Both the position numbers and the translations under genes were made by a program. The notes under the pieces are model-generated. The model did not search any database, was not told where the DNA came from, and worked only from the letters and a program-made list of their open reading frames with translations. This document shows positions 29,862 through 42,020 of a stretch of 64,000 nt of DNA, one piece after another. Source of the stretch: an uncultured Planctomycetota bacterium. GTDB taxonomy: Bacteria > Planctomycetota > Phycisphaerae > Tepidisphaerales > Tepidisphaeraceae. The first letter of the stretch is position 1. Every line of letters begins with the position of its first letter. The DNA lies in assembly GCA_963841915.1 (NCBI GenBank), contig CAWJEN010000005.1, forward strand, positions 288,001 through 352,000, written 5' to 3'.

Positions 29862-31105
29862 GTGAGGGCAGCGTACGGCGACGGGGAAGCGGCCTCGGCA
29901 ACATCTTTGGCATAGCCGGCCGGGGCGGGAAGCAGACCGTATTGCCGAATCAGCCGCGCCGCCAGCATCGACACCGTCAGGAGCAGCAACGCACCTGTTG
30001 CCACGTGCAGCGTCGCGATGTCGGCCGGCTTGCCGAGCCACACCGTCGCCACGCCCAGAGTCACCTGCACACCGACCAGGCCGAGCACCAGAAGCACGTG
30101 ACCGCGCGCGACGTTCCAAAGCCGCCACGTCACCCACAGCACCACCCCGCAGATGAGATAGGCACCGAGCCGGTGCGCCACGTGCAACCAGACCTGAGCC
30201 AGCGATACGGCTGGCAGGTGGTAGTCGAACCGTCGCTCGACGTTGACGGCCTGCAACGCAGACGCGTCGGTCGGCGGAACGATCTGCCCGTAGTGCGTCG
30301 GCCAGTCCGGCACCGCCAGGCCGGCTCCGTTGTGCCTCATCGCTGCGGCAATCACGAGCTGGCCCACGCACAGCACCAGCAACGTCACCGCAGGCCACGA
30401 CACGCTCGGCTGCCGGACAGCCTCGACGCCCTGCCACCATCGGCTCGTGGCGATGACGGCCAGCCCGCCGACGCAGAGCGTGAGTTGGCCGAAGATGCCG
30501 TGGACCATGGCCAGGTCGGTCGAGTCGAAGACGACACGCAAGCCGCCGAGCAGGCCTTGCAGGCAGACGGCCGTGAGCAGTCCCACCGCCAGTCGGCGGA
30601 CCCAGACACGCTCGTCACGTTGATTGCGGATCAGCCAGGCGACGAGCGACGTGACGCCGACCGCCCCGCCGAGGCCGACGAGGTGGCCGATATTCTTGTT
30701 CGTTTCGTAGGCGAACGGGCTGACGGCCTTGATGAAGACGTAACTGCCGATGGCCACCGCGAAGCCGACGACAGCGGCGATACCCCATCGGCGGCGGGCC
30801 TTGGCATGATGCGACGCCCCAAAGGCCGCCAGAACGGTTCCGACGGCGGCGAAGCCGGCGACGGTGCCGAGCAGGCGGTGGAAGTGTTCGTGAAAGACGC
30901 CCCCCGCATCGCCGCCGAGCCAGTGGCTCCACGGAACGGCCCACATGTTGTAACCGAACGTGTTGGGCCAATCGGGCACCGCCATGCCGACGCCCTTGCT
31001 GGTCACAAGCCCGCCCATCCAGATCAGCGGAAACATCGCCAGCACCGTCGCGCACGCCCAGGCAAAGACGGCTCGGGATGGAGGCGGCGTTGACACGGTC
31101 TGCAC
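29858..31105 (-). CDS. ctaA: Heme A synthase (COX15/CtaA)
   Basis: GGLVTS..GMAVPDWP, EHFHR, MVHG, AHR, LHV heme-ligand His pattern. Confidence 0.88.
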   Translation of the reverse strand: MQTVSTPPPSRAVFAWACATVLAMFPLIWMGGLVTSKGVGMAVPDWPNTFGYNMWAVPWSHWLGGDAGGVFHEHFHRLLGTVAGFAAVGTVLAAFGASHHAKARRRWGIAAVVGFAVAIGSYVFIKAVSPFAYETNKNIGHLVGLGGAVGVTSLVAWLIRNQRDERVWVRRLAVGLLTAVCLQGLLGGLRVVFDSTDLAMVHGIFGQLTLCVGGLAVIATSRWWQGVEAVRQPSVSWPAVTLLVLCVGQLVIAAAMRHNGAGLAVPDWPTHYGQIVPPTDASALQAVNVERRFDYHLPAVSLAQVWLHVAHRLGAYLICGVVLWVTWRLWNVARGHVLLVLGLVGVQVTLGVATVWLGKPADIATLHVATGALLLLTVSMLAARLIRQYGLLPAPAGYAKDVAEAASPSPYAALT

Positions 31106-31173
31106 AATATGACGAGTCGGCCGTTGCCGCGGATCGCATTGCGGCGGATGGTCGCACACGACGGCGGAACCCC

Positions 31174-31283
31174 AACGGGCGAAGAGGCAAAGGGTCGCGA
31201 AGGAAGAGAAGAAGGAACAAAGGCCAACCTACTCGACCCCTTCTGCACCTTTGCGGACTCTCGCCCCTTCGCGTCTTCGCGTT
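31174..31283. repeat. Imperfect palindromic REP-like element overlapping the coxA 3' end
   Basis: GCGAAG/GCAAAG units on the left, CTTTGC/CTTCGC units on the right, purine-rich spacer. Confidence 0.45.
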
Positions 31284-32965
31284 CCTCGGATCGAGCTGAA
31301 AAGCATGTTCATCATCAGAAGCAGCTGAGCTGCCCCGAGCACGATGGCCGACACCGTCATCGCCTGTTGAGCCCATGCGAGATGCTCAAACATGTCGATC
31401 TTCGTCGGTTCGGCATAGCGGCGAGGCATGCCGAGAATGCCGAGCAGGTGCATCAGGCCGAAGGTGCCGTTGAAGGCGAGGTACGTCAGGGCGATGTGGA
31501 GCTTGCCGAGTGTGGCGTTCAGGTGGCGGCCGTTCGTCAGGCGTGGCCAGAGCCAGTAGAGCCCGGCGAACAGGGCAAAGACGCTACCGCCGAAGAGCGT
31601 GTAGTGCAGATGGGCGACGACGAAGTAGGTGTCGTGAAGCTGAACGTTGATGGCCGGTGCGGCGAGGATGAGACCGCTCAGGCCGCCGATGACAAAGCAG
31701 CTGACAAACGCGTAGGCCGCCCAGGTGGCCGGCGTGGACCGTGGCCTGCCGCGGGCGACCGTGGCGATCCAGGTGACAACGAGGACTGCCGACGGCGTGC
31801 CGATGAGCATCGTCGCGGCCGAGAAGACGAGTGCCCCGCCGGGGTCGAGGCCGCTCTGATACATGTGGTGCGCCCAGACGCCGAAGCCGAGAACACTGAC
31901 GGCGACGATACTAAGTGCCGCGGCCTTGTAACCGACGTACCCGCGGCCGTGTCTTGCGAGTACGTCGCTGACGATGCCGTACGCCGGCAGGATCATCAGA
32001 TACACGAGCGGATGGCCATAGAACCAGAACAGGTGCTGGTGCAACAGCGGCTGGCCGTCGCGGAGGGGGTTGAAGAAACCGGTGATGCCGTGCGCGTCGA
32101 GCAGGTTCATGACCATCGCGATGACGATCACCGGGCCGGCCAGCAGCCCGACAGATGCAGCGCTGGCCCAGCCCCAGACGGCCAGCGGCAGCCGAGGACG
32201 ACGCCGCGTCGCCACCGTGGCGACGAGCGATGCACCCGCCAAACAACCGGCAACCGCCCACATCCCGACAGCGGCGAACCATGCGGTTTGACCATCGAAG
32301 GCAACACGCTCCAAACCGCGCAGTACGACACAACCCATCACCGGCGAGATCATCACAAGGCCGATGAACCGCATAGCGGTGTCACCTCGATCACCGATGA
32401 TGACACGAAGAAGCTGCGCAACGAGCATCGTGGCTGTGGCCAACGTCGTCGCGAGCGCAAGTGGCGACCATCCCGACTGCACCTGATCGAAGCCCTCGCC
32501 ACGCGACAGGCGCAGCCAGCTCAACGCGTCGTGCTTGTACGGGTACCACTTTGCCCCGACTTCGTAGCCGCTCGACAAGGGCGCATAGGCCGTCCAGCCG
32601 GAGCCGGCCCAGCCGACGAGCAGGACGCTCGCTCCGAGCATCGTCAACCACCAACTGAACCATGCCACACCCGGCAGCGCCAGCGTTGTCCGGCACATCC
32701 GAGGCACGACCGCCAAACCCAGGCCCCACGTGATCGCCGGGACGACGACCAGCCAGATCATGATCGTGCCGTGCAGCGTGAACGTCTTCGCGTAGGTGTC
32801 GAGCGGCATCGCACCGCTTGGCCAGTCATGCAGCCACGACAGAATCGGCACGGGTGCGTCCGGCCACGCCAGCTTCCACCGCATGCCAAGCGCCAGCAAG
32901 CCGCCGAAGCCGAACATGAAGCCGGCCAACACCAGGTAGGCGCGACCGACGCCGAGGCCCTTCAT
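31229..32965 (-). CDS. coxA: Heme-copper oxidase subunit I, A-family-like, divergent
   Basis: LHGTIM, GWTAYAPL, WFYGHPLVY, WAHHM, HDTY..AHLHY, GMPRRY. Confidence 0.9.
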   Translation of the reverse strand: MKGLGVGRAYLVLAGFMFGFGGLLALGMRWKLAWPDAPVPILSWLHDWPSGAMPLDTYAKTFTLHGTIMIWLVVVPAITWGLGLAVVPRMCRTTLALPGVAWFSWWLTMLGASVLLVGWAGSGWTAYAPLSSGYEVGAKWYPYKHDALSWLRLSRGEGFDQVQSGWSPLALATTLATATMLVAQLLRVIIGDRGDTAMRFIGLVMISPVMGCVVLRGLERVAFDGQTAWFAAVGMWAVAGCLAGASLVATVATRRRPRLPLAVWGWASAASVGLLAGPVIVIAMVMNLLDAHGITGFFNPLRDGQPLLHQHLFWFYGHPLVYLMILPAYGIVSDVLARHGRGYVGYKAAALSIVAVSVLGFGVWAHHMYQSGLDPGGALVFSAATMLIGTPSAVLVVTWIATVARGRPRSTPATWAAYAFVSCFVIGGLSGLILAAPAINVQLHDTYFVVAHLHYTLFGGSVFALFAGLYWLWPRLTNGRHLNATLGKLHIALTYLAFNGTFGLMHLLGILGMPRRYAEPTKIDMFEHLAWAQQAMTVSAIVLGAAQLLLMMNMLFSSIRGTRRREGARVRKGAEGVE

Positions 32966-33750
32966 GGTGAAGCCTCGACAATCAGCTCGGCGACCATCGT
33001 CGTGTGCCCCCAGCCGCAGAACTCGGCACACAGGATCTGATACGTCCCCGGCGTCGTCGGCGTGAACCGCAACACGCCCTTCATGCCCGGCACGACGTCC
33101 ATCTTCGTCCGCATGGCAGGTACGAAGAAGTCGTGGATGACGTCTTTGCTCTGGAGTGTCACCTCGACCGGACGGCCGGCGGTGACGACAACGGAGCGGC
33201 TCAGGGCCGACTGGTAGACGTCGTCGCGGCCGAGCGGGTCGGCAAAGTCCTTGCCGATCGGGTCGACGACTTCGCGGTAACGGGCGATGGTGTCGTCGCG
33301 ACGGCCAGGTGGCAGGTCGATGGGCCCAGGGACGCCCGCAAAGGATTTGCCGTCGGGCCAGGTTTGATCGGTCGGTTGCGGCCAGACGAGGTAACTGCCG
33401 AGTTGGCCGTCCGGGCCGGGTTCGATGACGCTCCAGGCGAACTGTTCGCCGATGACGAGCACGCGTTGCACCTCAGCGTCGGCGTCGCCAAGGCGGCCGG
33501 CTTTGAGATCTTCCCACGCGTATTCGCTGATGATGAAGAGCCCGAGCAGGCCCAGTGCCGCGGCGACGGACCAGGCGACGGGCTTGCCGAATCGCGACCG
33601 CCTGCCGAGCCAGGCGACGAAGCCGCCGACGTGGACGATGACGAGGGCAACGCAGCAAACGGTGGCGAAGAGCCAGAGCAACGCATCGACCTCGCCGCCG
33701 CGTTTGGAGGCGGCCTCGGCGAGGTAGAGGGTCGTGGTCGAGGGCAGCAC
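32962..33750 (-). CDS. coxB: Heme-copper oxidase subunit II with CuA site
   Basis: Two TM helices, QFAW, DVIH, CAEFCGWGHTTM. Confidence 0.9.
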   Translation of the reverse strand: MLPSTTTLYLAEAASKRGGEVDALLWLFATVCCVALVIVHVGGFVAWLGRRSRFGKPVAWSVAAALGLLGLFIISEYAWEDLKAGRLGDADAEVQRVLVIGEQFAWSVIEPGPDGQLGSYLVWPQPTDQTWPDGKSFAGVPGPIDLPPGRRDDTIARYREVVDPIGKDFADPLGRDDVYQSALSRSVVVTAGRPVEVTLQSKDVIHDFFVPAMRTKMDVVPGMKGVLRFTPTTPGTYQILCAEFCGWGHTTMVAELIVEASP

Positions 33751-33816
33751 GCGTGCCCATTGATACGTTGCGGCGCGGCCCGGGTTGGGCGGCCTATTGC
33801 CACAGCGCGCAGCGGC

Positions 33817-34593
33817 CTAAGCCGAGCGACGACGCAGGGCGATCAGACTTGCCATGGCCAAGACACCTGCGACGGCCGGTTCAGGCACGCTTCTCGCCGC
33901 CAGGACGCTGGCGTTGTCGAAGCCGGCGTCGAGCCATGAACCGTCGACGAGGTGCCCGGTGGCGCGGAAGGTAAAGTGCGTTGCCGTGTCGGGAATGGTC
34001 AGGACGGTCGAGATGTTGTCGCTCGACGTCGTCGGCACGGCACCACTCATGGCGATGTCGTCGACGCTGAGCGTCTGCAGGATGCCGCCGAGGTCGACGA
34101 GCCATTCGATTTCGACATCGAGCCGGTCGAAGAACGAGAACGCGTCGAGCGAAACCTTCACCTGCGGGGCGATGTCTGCCGGTAAGGCGGCGGTCTGCTG
34201 CAGGACGCTGGTCGTGCCCTTGTCCCATGAGCCGCTGGTGAGTGCGGTGGCAAAGGCGTCGTTGGTCCTACCCAGGCCCCCCTGACCGACGGGGTTGGTG
34301 CGGACTTGCCACTGCGGACCAGCGGTGGCGGGCGAGTTCCAGTACTGCGTATCACCCGTGTCGAAGGTGCCGTTGATGAGCAGCTCGTGGTACTCCCATG
34401 AAGGCTCGACTGGTGGCTGCGGGGTGTCGGGTTGGTCGACGGGTGGCTCGTCGGGGCCGTCGTTGTTACCGAAGGGGTCACCGTCGCCTCCACCGCCGAT
34501 GACGATGGCAGCCGAGGATGTTGCCGCGGCGACGCCGAAGGCGACGGTGGCCAATGCCGTCAGAGCGGCCAGGGGTGCAAGTTCTCGCTTCAC
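33817..34593 (-). CDS. PEP-CTERM protein
   Basis: Signal peptide; LLINGTFD beta-sandwich-like start; VPEP-hydrophobic-RRR tail. Confidence 0.85.
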   Translation of the reverse strand: MKRELAPLAALTALATVAFGVAAATSSAAIVIGGGGDGDPFGNNDGPDEPPVDQPDTPQPPVEPSWEYHELLINGTFDTGDTQYWNSPATAGPQWQVRTNPVGQGGLGRTNDAFATALTSGSWDKGTTSVLQQTAALPADIAPQVKVSLDAFSFFDRLDVEIEWLVDLGGILQTLSVDDIAMSGAVPTTSSDNISTVLTIPDTATHFTFRATGHLVDGSWLDAGFDNASVLAARSVPEPAVAGVLAMASLIALRRRSA

Positions 34594-34702
34594 CCCTTTG
34601 ACATGCCATCTCCGTCGTCATCAGGCAAGGTGATCACACCATTTCGTCGCCCGGGCCCTTTCGATTCTTCAGCGACTGCGATTTTACGTCGATGGTGTCT
34701 AT

Positions 34703-37633
<2,931 letters not shown>

Positions 37634-37686
37634 GCTCCGGCGACGACCGGTGGCGTCAGAACCCGACTAGCGTCGACACGTCTCTC

Positions 37687-38421
37687 ATGAACTTCACGCA
37701 GCTACGCAGCAAAGCCAAACTCTGGAGTGTCTCGACGTGGCTCATCGGCGCGTGCGTCGTCGTCTTTGTCCTCCAGAGCATCTCGCCGATGGTCACCAGA
37801 GCGGGCGCGCTCACCATCGGTGACGGCATCGCCGGTGGGCAGATCTGGCGACTGATCACGTTCCAGTTCCTCCACGGCGGATTGCTTCACCTGGCCTTCA
37901 ACTGCTACGGCTTGTTCCTCTTCGGCCAGATGGCCGAACGCAAGATCGGCCGCGCCAGGTTCCTCGCCTACTACCTGCTGTGCGGCATCGGTGGCGGGCT
38001 CGGCTTCGTGCTGCTGTGGGCCAGCGGCATCGTCGACGCCACACAGCAAACGCCGCTCGTCGGTGCGTCGGCGGGCCTCTTCGGCTGCATTGCAGCGGCC
38101 ATGACGCTTGTGCCCAATCGCATCCTGCAACTCGCCCTGCCACCGATCGACATCACGATCTTCCGCTTCGGTGCCGTCTACCTCGTCCTGGCTGCCTTCA
38201 TCGTCATCTTTCACGGCGACACGACCGGCAGCAACGCGGGTGGCGAAGCGGCACACCTCGGCGGTGCGGCCGTCGGTTTCCTGCTGGCTCGACACCTCGG
38301 CTGGCTGTCGTGGGTCGACCGATTCGTGCCCCGCCAACTCCGCTCGCCCGGTCAACGCCAAGGCGGCAGCACGTCAGACGTCAAGACGCCCAAGTTCATG
38401 AAATATCACGGCTGGCGATAA
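37687..38421 (+). CDS. Rhomboid intramembrane serine protease
   Basis: WRLIT, HLAFN, GASAG, AHLGG. Confidence 0.9.
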   Translation: MNFTQLRSKAKLWSVSTWLIGACVVVFVLQSISPMVTRAGALTIGDGIAGGQIWRLITFQFLHGGLLHLAFNCYGLFLFGQMAERKIGRARFLAYYLLCGIGGGLGFVLLWASGIVDATQQTPLVGASAGLFGCIAAAMTLVPNRILQLALPPIDITIFRFGAVYLVLAAFIVIFHGDTTGSNAGGEAAHLGGAAVGFLLARHLGWLSWVDRFVPRQLRSPGQRQGGSTSDVKTPKFMKYHGWR

Positions 38422-38436
38422 ACGCCGGTACCTGCG

Positions 38437-41370
38437 TCATTCCGCAGGTGGTCGCTCGGCGAGGAGCTGCAGCGTGGCCTTGGCCATGCGTCGCACCGTC
38501 GCATCCTCGTCATCGACGAGCGGTTGCGTCATCGCCTCGGCCGCTTCATTGATGAACGCGCCCGTGCCCAGCAACCCGATCAGCCGCACCGCCGGGTCGG
38601 GAGCGACCAGCAGGCGACGCATAAGCGGTTCACGCTGTTCGGCCGGCGCGACGATGGCTGCGTTGTACGTCAGCCACGCAGCGGCGACGGCGCTTTCGCC
38701 GACAGAGCCAGTTTCTGCCGTAAACGCCGCCCGTTGCAGCGATTCGTTCATCTCACCGCCGAGCTGCTGCCACGCCTGCATGCGGTCGGCGGCGGCGTTT
38801 TGCTGCTGTAGCGACTGCAAGTGTCCGCCGAGCCAGCGCAGCTGCGCGACGGTCGCGTCTGCCGACCTGACCTGCTGTAAGGGTGTGCCGTCGCGAAGCT
38901 GCGTGAGTCGCTGCTGCAACCCTTCCCGAAGACTCACGTCGCTGATGTCCAGCGGCATGCCACGACGATCCATGACACGCGTGAACGGCACCGCCTGCCC
39001 GGCGGCGCTGACGGCGTACGCCTCTGTCAATTGGCCCTCTTCGTTCGGGTTCGGCACGAGCGCCGTCGTCGGATTGGTAACGGCCTCGCCGAAGACGGTG
39101 AGCGACAAATGCGGATTTCCGGCCAGTATCGCGTTGAGTCGTGGCCCGTCGACGCGGATCGTCTGTTCGAGGCGTTCGCTCGGGTTCAGCACGGTGCGGC
39201 CGGCCCACCGGTCCGTAGCCGCCGACGGGACACGTTCCTGAATGATGCCACGAACCTGACTGTCGATACGAATGTTGCTCGACAGCACGCCACCCGGCCC
39301 GACGGTGATGGGGTCACTGCCGACGTTGCGGATGGTGATGATGGCCTCGAGCGGCTCGCCGTACGCGTGACCGACCTTCGCCGGCCGGGCCGCCAGCGTG
39401 TAGAAGGACCGCGCCTTGGACGGGTCGATGAGGTCGAGCAGCCGCTCCGGAAATTGCGAGAGCGCCTCACTCACCTGCGCCGCCTCCTCGGCACCGGGGC
39501 TCAGGCGCACGCCGTCGTCGACAAAGGCATCAGCGATGGTCGCCCCGACCACGCCGCTGGGGTTCTCACGCAGCAGTGCAGTCGCGTCGGCGGCAACGTC
39601 TTGGCCCTCCTGCTTGCGGATCAGCAAAACGCCCAGTTTCGCCAGCGGGTCGATGTCTGCGATGGCTTCGAGTTTTTCGCGGGCCGTCTTCAGATCGCCT
39701 TGGCGGAAGGCTTGCCAGCCGTTGAGCCGGGCCGGCAGCGACGACCGTTCACCGGCGAGCTTCTCGATAGCATCGAGAATGGCCGCGTCCGTCGGCTGCC
39801 CGCTCAGGTACAAGTCCATCCAAGCCCGCGACGTCAGTGTCGTGACGATCGGCCGCCGTGTGACAGGATTGTCCGTCGCCACCGCGACGAGCGCGTTCAT
39901 GTCTGGTAGCTCGACATTGCCTGCCTCGACGGACGTGGCAAGCTCCTTGACAGCGGCGTCGAGCGTTTCGGCTGTCATGTCAGCCTTCACCACGCTTAGC
40001 AGGCGCAGCGACGTGTTGGACGCCGACACAAGATCACTGAGCTGCGCCTCGAGCGACGTGAGCCGCTTGAGGCCAAGCGCCGCCACGAGTGGCGAGGTCA
40101 CGGCTGCGTCGTAGTTCGCGTCGTCGAATCGGTTGGTCCGAACCGCCTGCTGCGTGACGGCTGTCGCGCCCTGCGTCATCGGGGTCAGGAGCTGCGACGC
40201 CTCCCGCGGCCGGTTGTCGATGAGCAAGGCAGCCGTCTGATCGACGAGCTGGGCGACGGGTGGCTGCGTGCCGGTGGCGGCGTAGGCGCGGCTGGCGGCC
40301 TGGAAGTAGGTGCCGGCCTCGTCAACAAGGCCAACCGCCGCCAGTTCCCCGGCCAGGGCGGCCAGCGCTTCCGGCTGCACGACATTGGCCCGCAGCAACG
40401 CGACCAGCGAGGCCACCCGCTCCGGCCGCGACGCGTCGGTCGACAGCTTGCGGAAGTAGTCGAGCCGAAGCGCCGTCGGGTTGAACGGGTCGAGTTCCTT
40501 GGCCCGGTCGATCCGCTCGTCGGCGAAAGCGTCTTCGAGCCGCTCGCGGAGCATGACCGCCGACGACAAGGCGGCGTGGGCACGCACCTCGTCCGGCAGG
40601 GAGTCGGTCTCGACGAGGCGGCCGAAGTAATCGAGCCGCTCGTCAACGCTTTGTAGCGTCTCGGCAGACAAATCAACGTAGCGGATCTGCGCCAGCCGAT
40701 CATCGGGCTCGAGACGGCGGTAGTGGTCAAGGGCCTCGATGGCCGAGTCGATGCCGGTGACGGCGAGCCGGGCTTCGACGAGCTGCCGGGCGAGCCGGGC
40801 GTCTCGGGGGGCGAGTCGAACAGCGAGCGTTGCGACGGCCTCTGCCTGACGAGCGGCGGCCGGTGACACCGCCGGCTGCGAGAGCGTGCCGGCGGCAAAC
40901 TGAGCTAGGGCGGCGGCGACGGAACCCGTCGCGTCGGTGCCCGGTGACAAATTGGACAAGTCGCCGAAGTCACTCGGGGCCGGTTCAAGATCGGCAGGAT
41001 CGACCGGCTCGGTCGTCGGCTGCGTCGCCGGCACGTCGGGGGACTCGACAACCTGGGTCGGTGGCGGAACGTTCGTCGGCAGGTCCGAAGGCTGGGTCGT
41101 CGTGGCGACCGACGGCTGCGACGCGACCGGTTGTGTGGCCGCGTCGGGTGCGTCGGGCATCGTCGGCAGGTCGAGCTCGCCGAGCTGCGTCGCCGGCGCT
41201 GGCGAAGGCGTGGTGGTCGGCGTGGCCGGTAGCGTGGCGGGTTCGACCGGCCGATCGGCGGGCGGTGGTGAGCCGTCACCGCCACATCCGGCGACGAGAC
41301 CGGCCGCAGTCACGGCGGCGGCGAGGAACAGGCGGCGGTGCGGCAACGTCACGGGGCGGCAAACAGTCAC
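38437..41370 (-). CDS. Large helical-repeat (TPR-like) lipoprotein
   Basis: HRRLFL plus VAGC lipobox; Pro/Thr ATQP linker; helical repeats such as RAKELDPFN. Confidence 0.7.
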   Translation of the reverse strand: MTVCRPVTLPHRRLFLAAAVTAAGLVAGCGGDGSPPPADRPVEPATLPATPTTTPSPAPATQLGELDLPTMPDAPDAATQPVASQPSVATTTQPSDLPTNVPPPTQVVESPDVPATQPTTEPVDPADLEPAPSDFGDLSNLSPGTDATGSVAAALAQFAAGTLSQPAVSPAAARQAEAVATLAVRLAPRDARLARQLVEARLAVTGIDSAIEALDHYRRLEPDDRLAQIRYVDLSAETLQSVDERLDYFGRLVETDSLPDEVRAHAALSSAVMLRERLEDAFADERIDRAKELDPFNPTALRLDYFRKLSTDASRPERVASLVALLRANVVQPEALAALAGELAAVGLVDEAGTYFQAASRAYAATGTQPPVAQLVDQTAALLIDNRPREASQLLTPMTQGATAVTQQAVRTNRFDDANYDAAVTSPLVAALGLKRLTSLEAQLSDLVSASNTSLRLLSVVKADMTAETLDAAVKELATSVEAGNVELPDMNALVAVATDNPVTRRPIVTTLTSRAWMDLYLSGQPTDAAILDAIEKLAGERSSLPARLNGWQAFRQGDLKTAREKLEAIADIDPLAKLGVLLIRKQEGQDVAADATALLRENPSGVVGATIADAFVDDGVRLSPGAEEAAQVSEALSQFPERLLDLIDPSKARSFYTLAARPAKVGHAYGEPLEAIITIRNVGSDPITVGPGGVLSSNIRIDSQVRGIIQERVPSAATDRWAGRTVLNPSERLEQTIRVDGPRLNAILAGNPHLSLTVFGEAVTNPTTALVPNPNEEGQLTEAYAVSAAGQAVPFTRVMDRRGMPLDISDVSLREGLQQRLTQLRDGTPLQQVRSADATVAQLRWLGGHLQSLQQQNAAADRMQAWQQLGGEMNESLQRAAFTAETGSVGESAVAAAWLTYNAAIVAPAEQREPLMRRLLVAPDPAVRLIGLLGTGAFINEAAEAMTQPLVDDEDATVRRMAKATLQLLAERPPAE

Positions 41371-41575
41371 GGCGGCAGCTTACCGCGGCTATGCGACGTT
41401 GCGAATCGACGACACCTCCACACGCCAAAGGCGGCCGCCGCGGCGCACATGCAAATCGTCCGCAATGTGCCCAAACCCGCACGACACAGGGTCAAAAGCT
41501 GCTGCAAAAACTTCCGTGAGGCGATCGTTTCACCCACGGCCACAAACGACCCGCCGACGCACTGCCGCGGCCGAA

Positions 41576-41591
41576 TGTTCCACGTGGAACA
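41576..41591. promoter_or_regulatory. parS site
   Basis: Perfect palindrome TGTTCCACGTGGAACA matching the bacterial chromosomal parS consensus. Confidence 0.88.
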
Positions 41592-41633
41592 TTGGCCAAC
41601 CCTCCGCCGAGCCTCTGGCGAGGGTCAAAGCTG

Positions 41634-41649
41634 TGTTCCACGTGGAACA
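41634..41649. promoter_or_regulatory. parS site
   Basis: Second identical TGTTCCACGTGGAACA. Confidence 0.88.
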
Positions 41650-41714
41650 TCAGCTCCAAACAGCTCGGCGGCCGCGGTCGATGCCCGTTTGGCCGCCGCG
41701 GCGCAGCGCATGAA

Positions 41715-42020
41715 TCACCAGGCCGACGCCGCCAATAGTCCTGCGGCAACGCCTGAGATGACGGCGAAGAGTCCGTTGACGACGCCGTAAATGGCCTCTG
41801 CTTTACCGGGGCGGAAGAACATGGGGATGGACCCGAACGCGAGCGTCGCCTGAGCCAGCGTGATGCTCGCAACGCCTGCCAATCGCACGGATCGTTCTGC
41901 GGCGACGGGCTGCCTGGCCTGCTGTGCCCAGACACCGCCGCTTTGCCAGAGATAAAGCGCAAGCATGACGAGCCCGACGGCCAGCATCATGGCCGTGGTG
42001 CCGACGAGGAACCGCCTCAT
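41715..42020 (-). CDS. Small membrane protein
   Basis: Three hydrophobic segments; ATGA overlap. Confidence 0.6.
   Translation of the reverse strand: MRRFLVGTTAMMLAVGLVMLALYLWQSGGVWAQQARQPVAAERSVRLAGVASITLAQATLAFGSIPMFFRPGKAEAIYGVVNGLFAVISGVAAGLLAASAW

Noticed and set aside
31229..32965. coxA as a qNOR/cNOR or a plain pseudogene
   Set aside because: Keeps HPxVY Tyr, HDTY and a CuA-type subunit II, lacks the NOR Glu pattern, and has an uninterrupted frame with all ligands.
41574..41650. Two identical palindromes with a 42-bp spacer as a mini-CRISPR
   Set aside because: Repeats are only 16-17 bp, match parS exactly, and no cas genes are present.
41371..41714. oriC itself
   Set aside because: No TTATCCACA-type DnaA boxes or AT-rich unwinding element seen.
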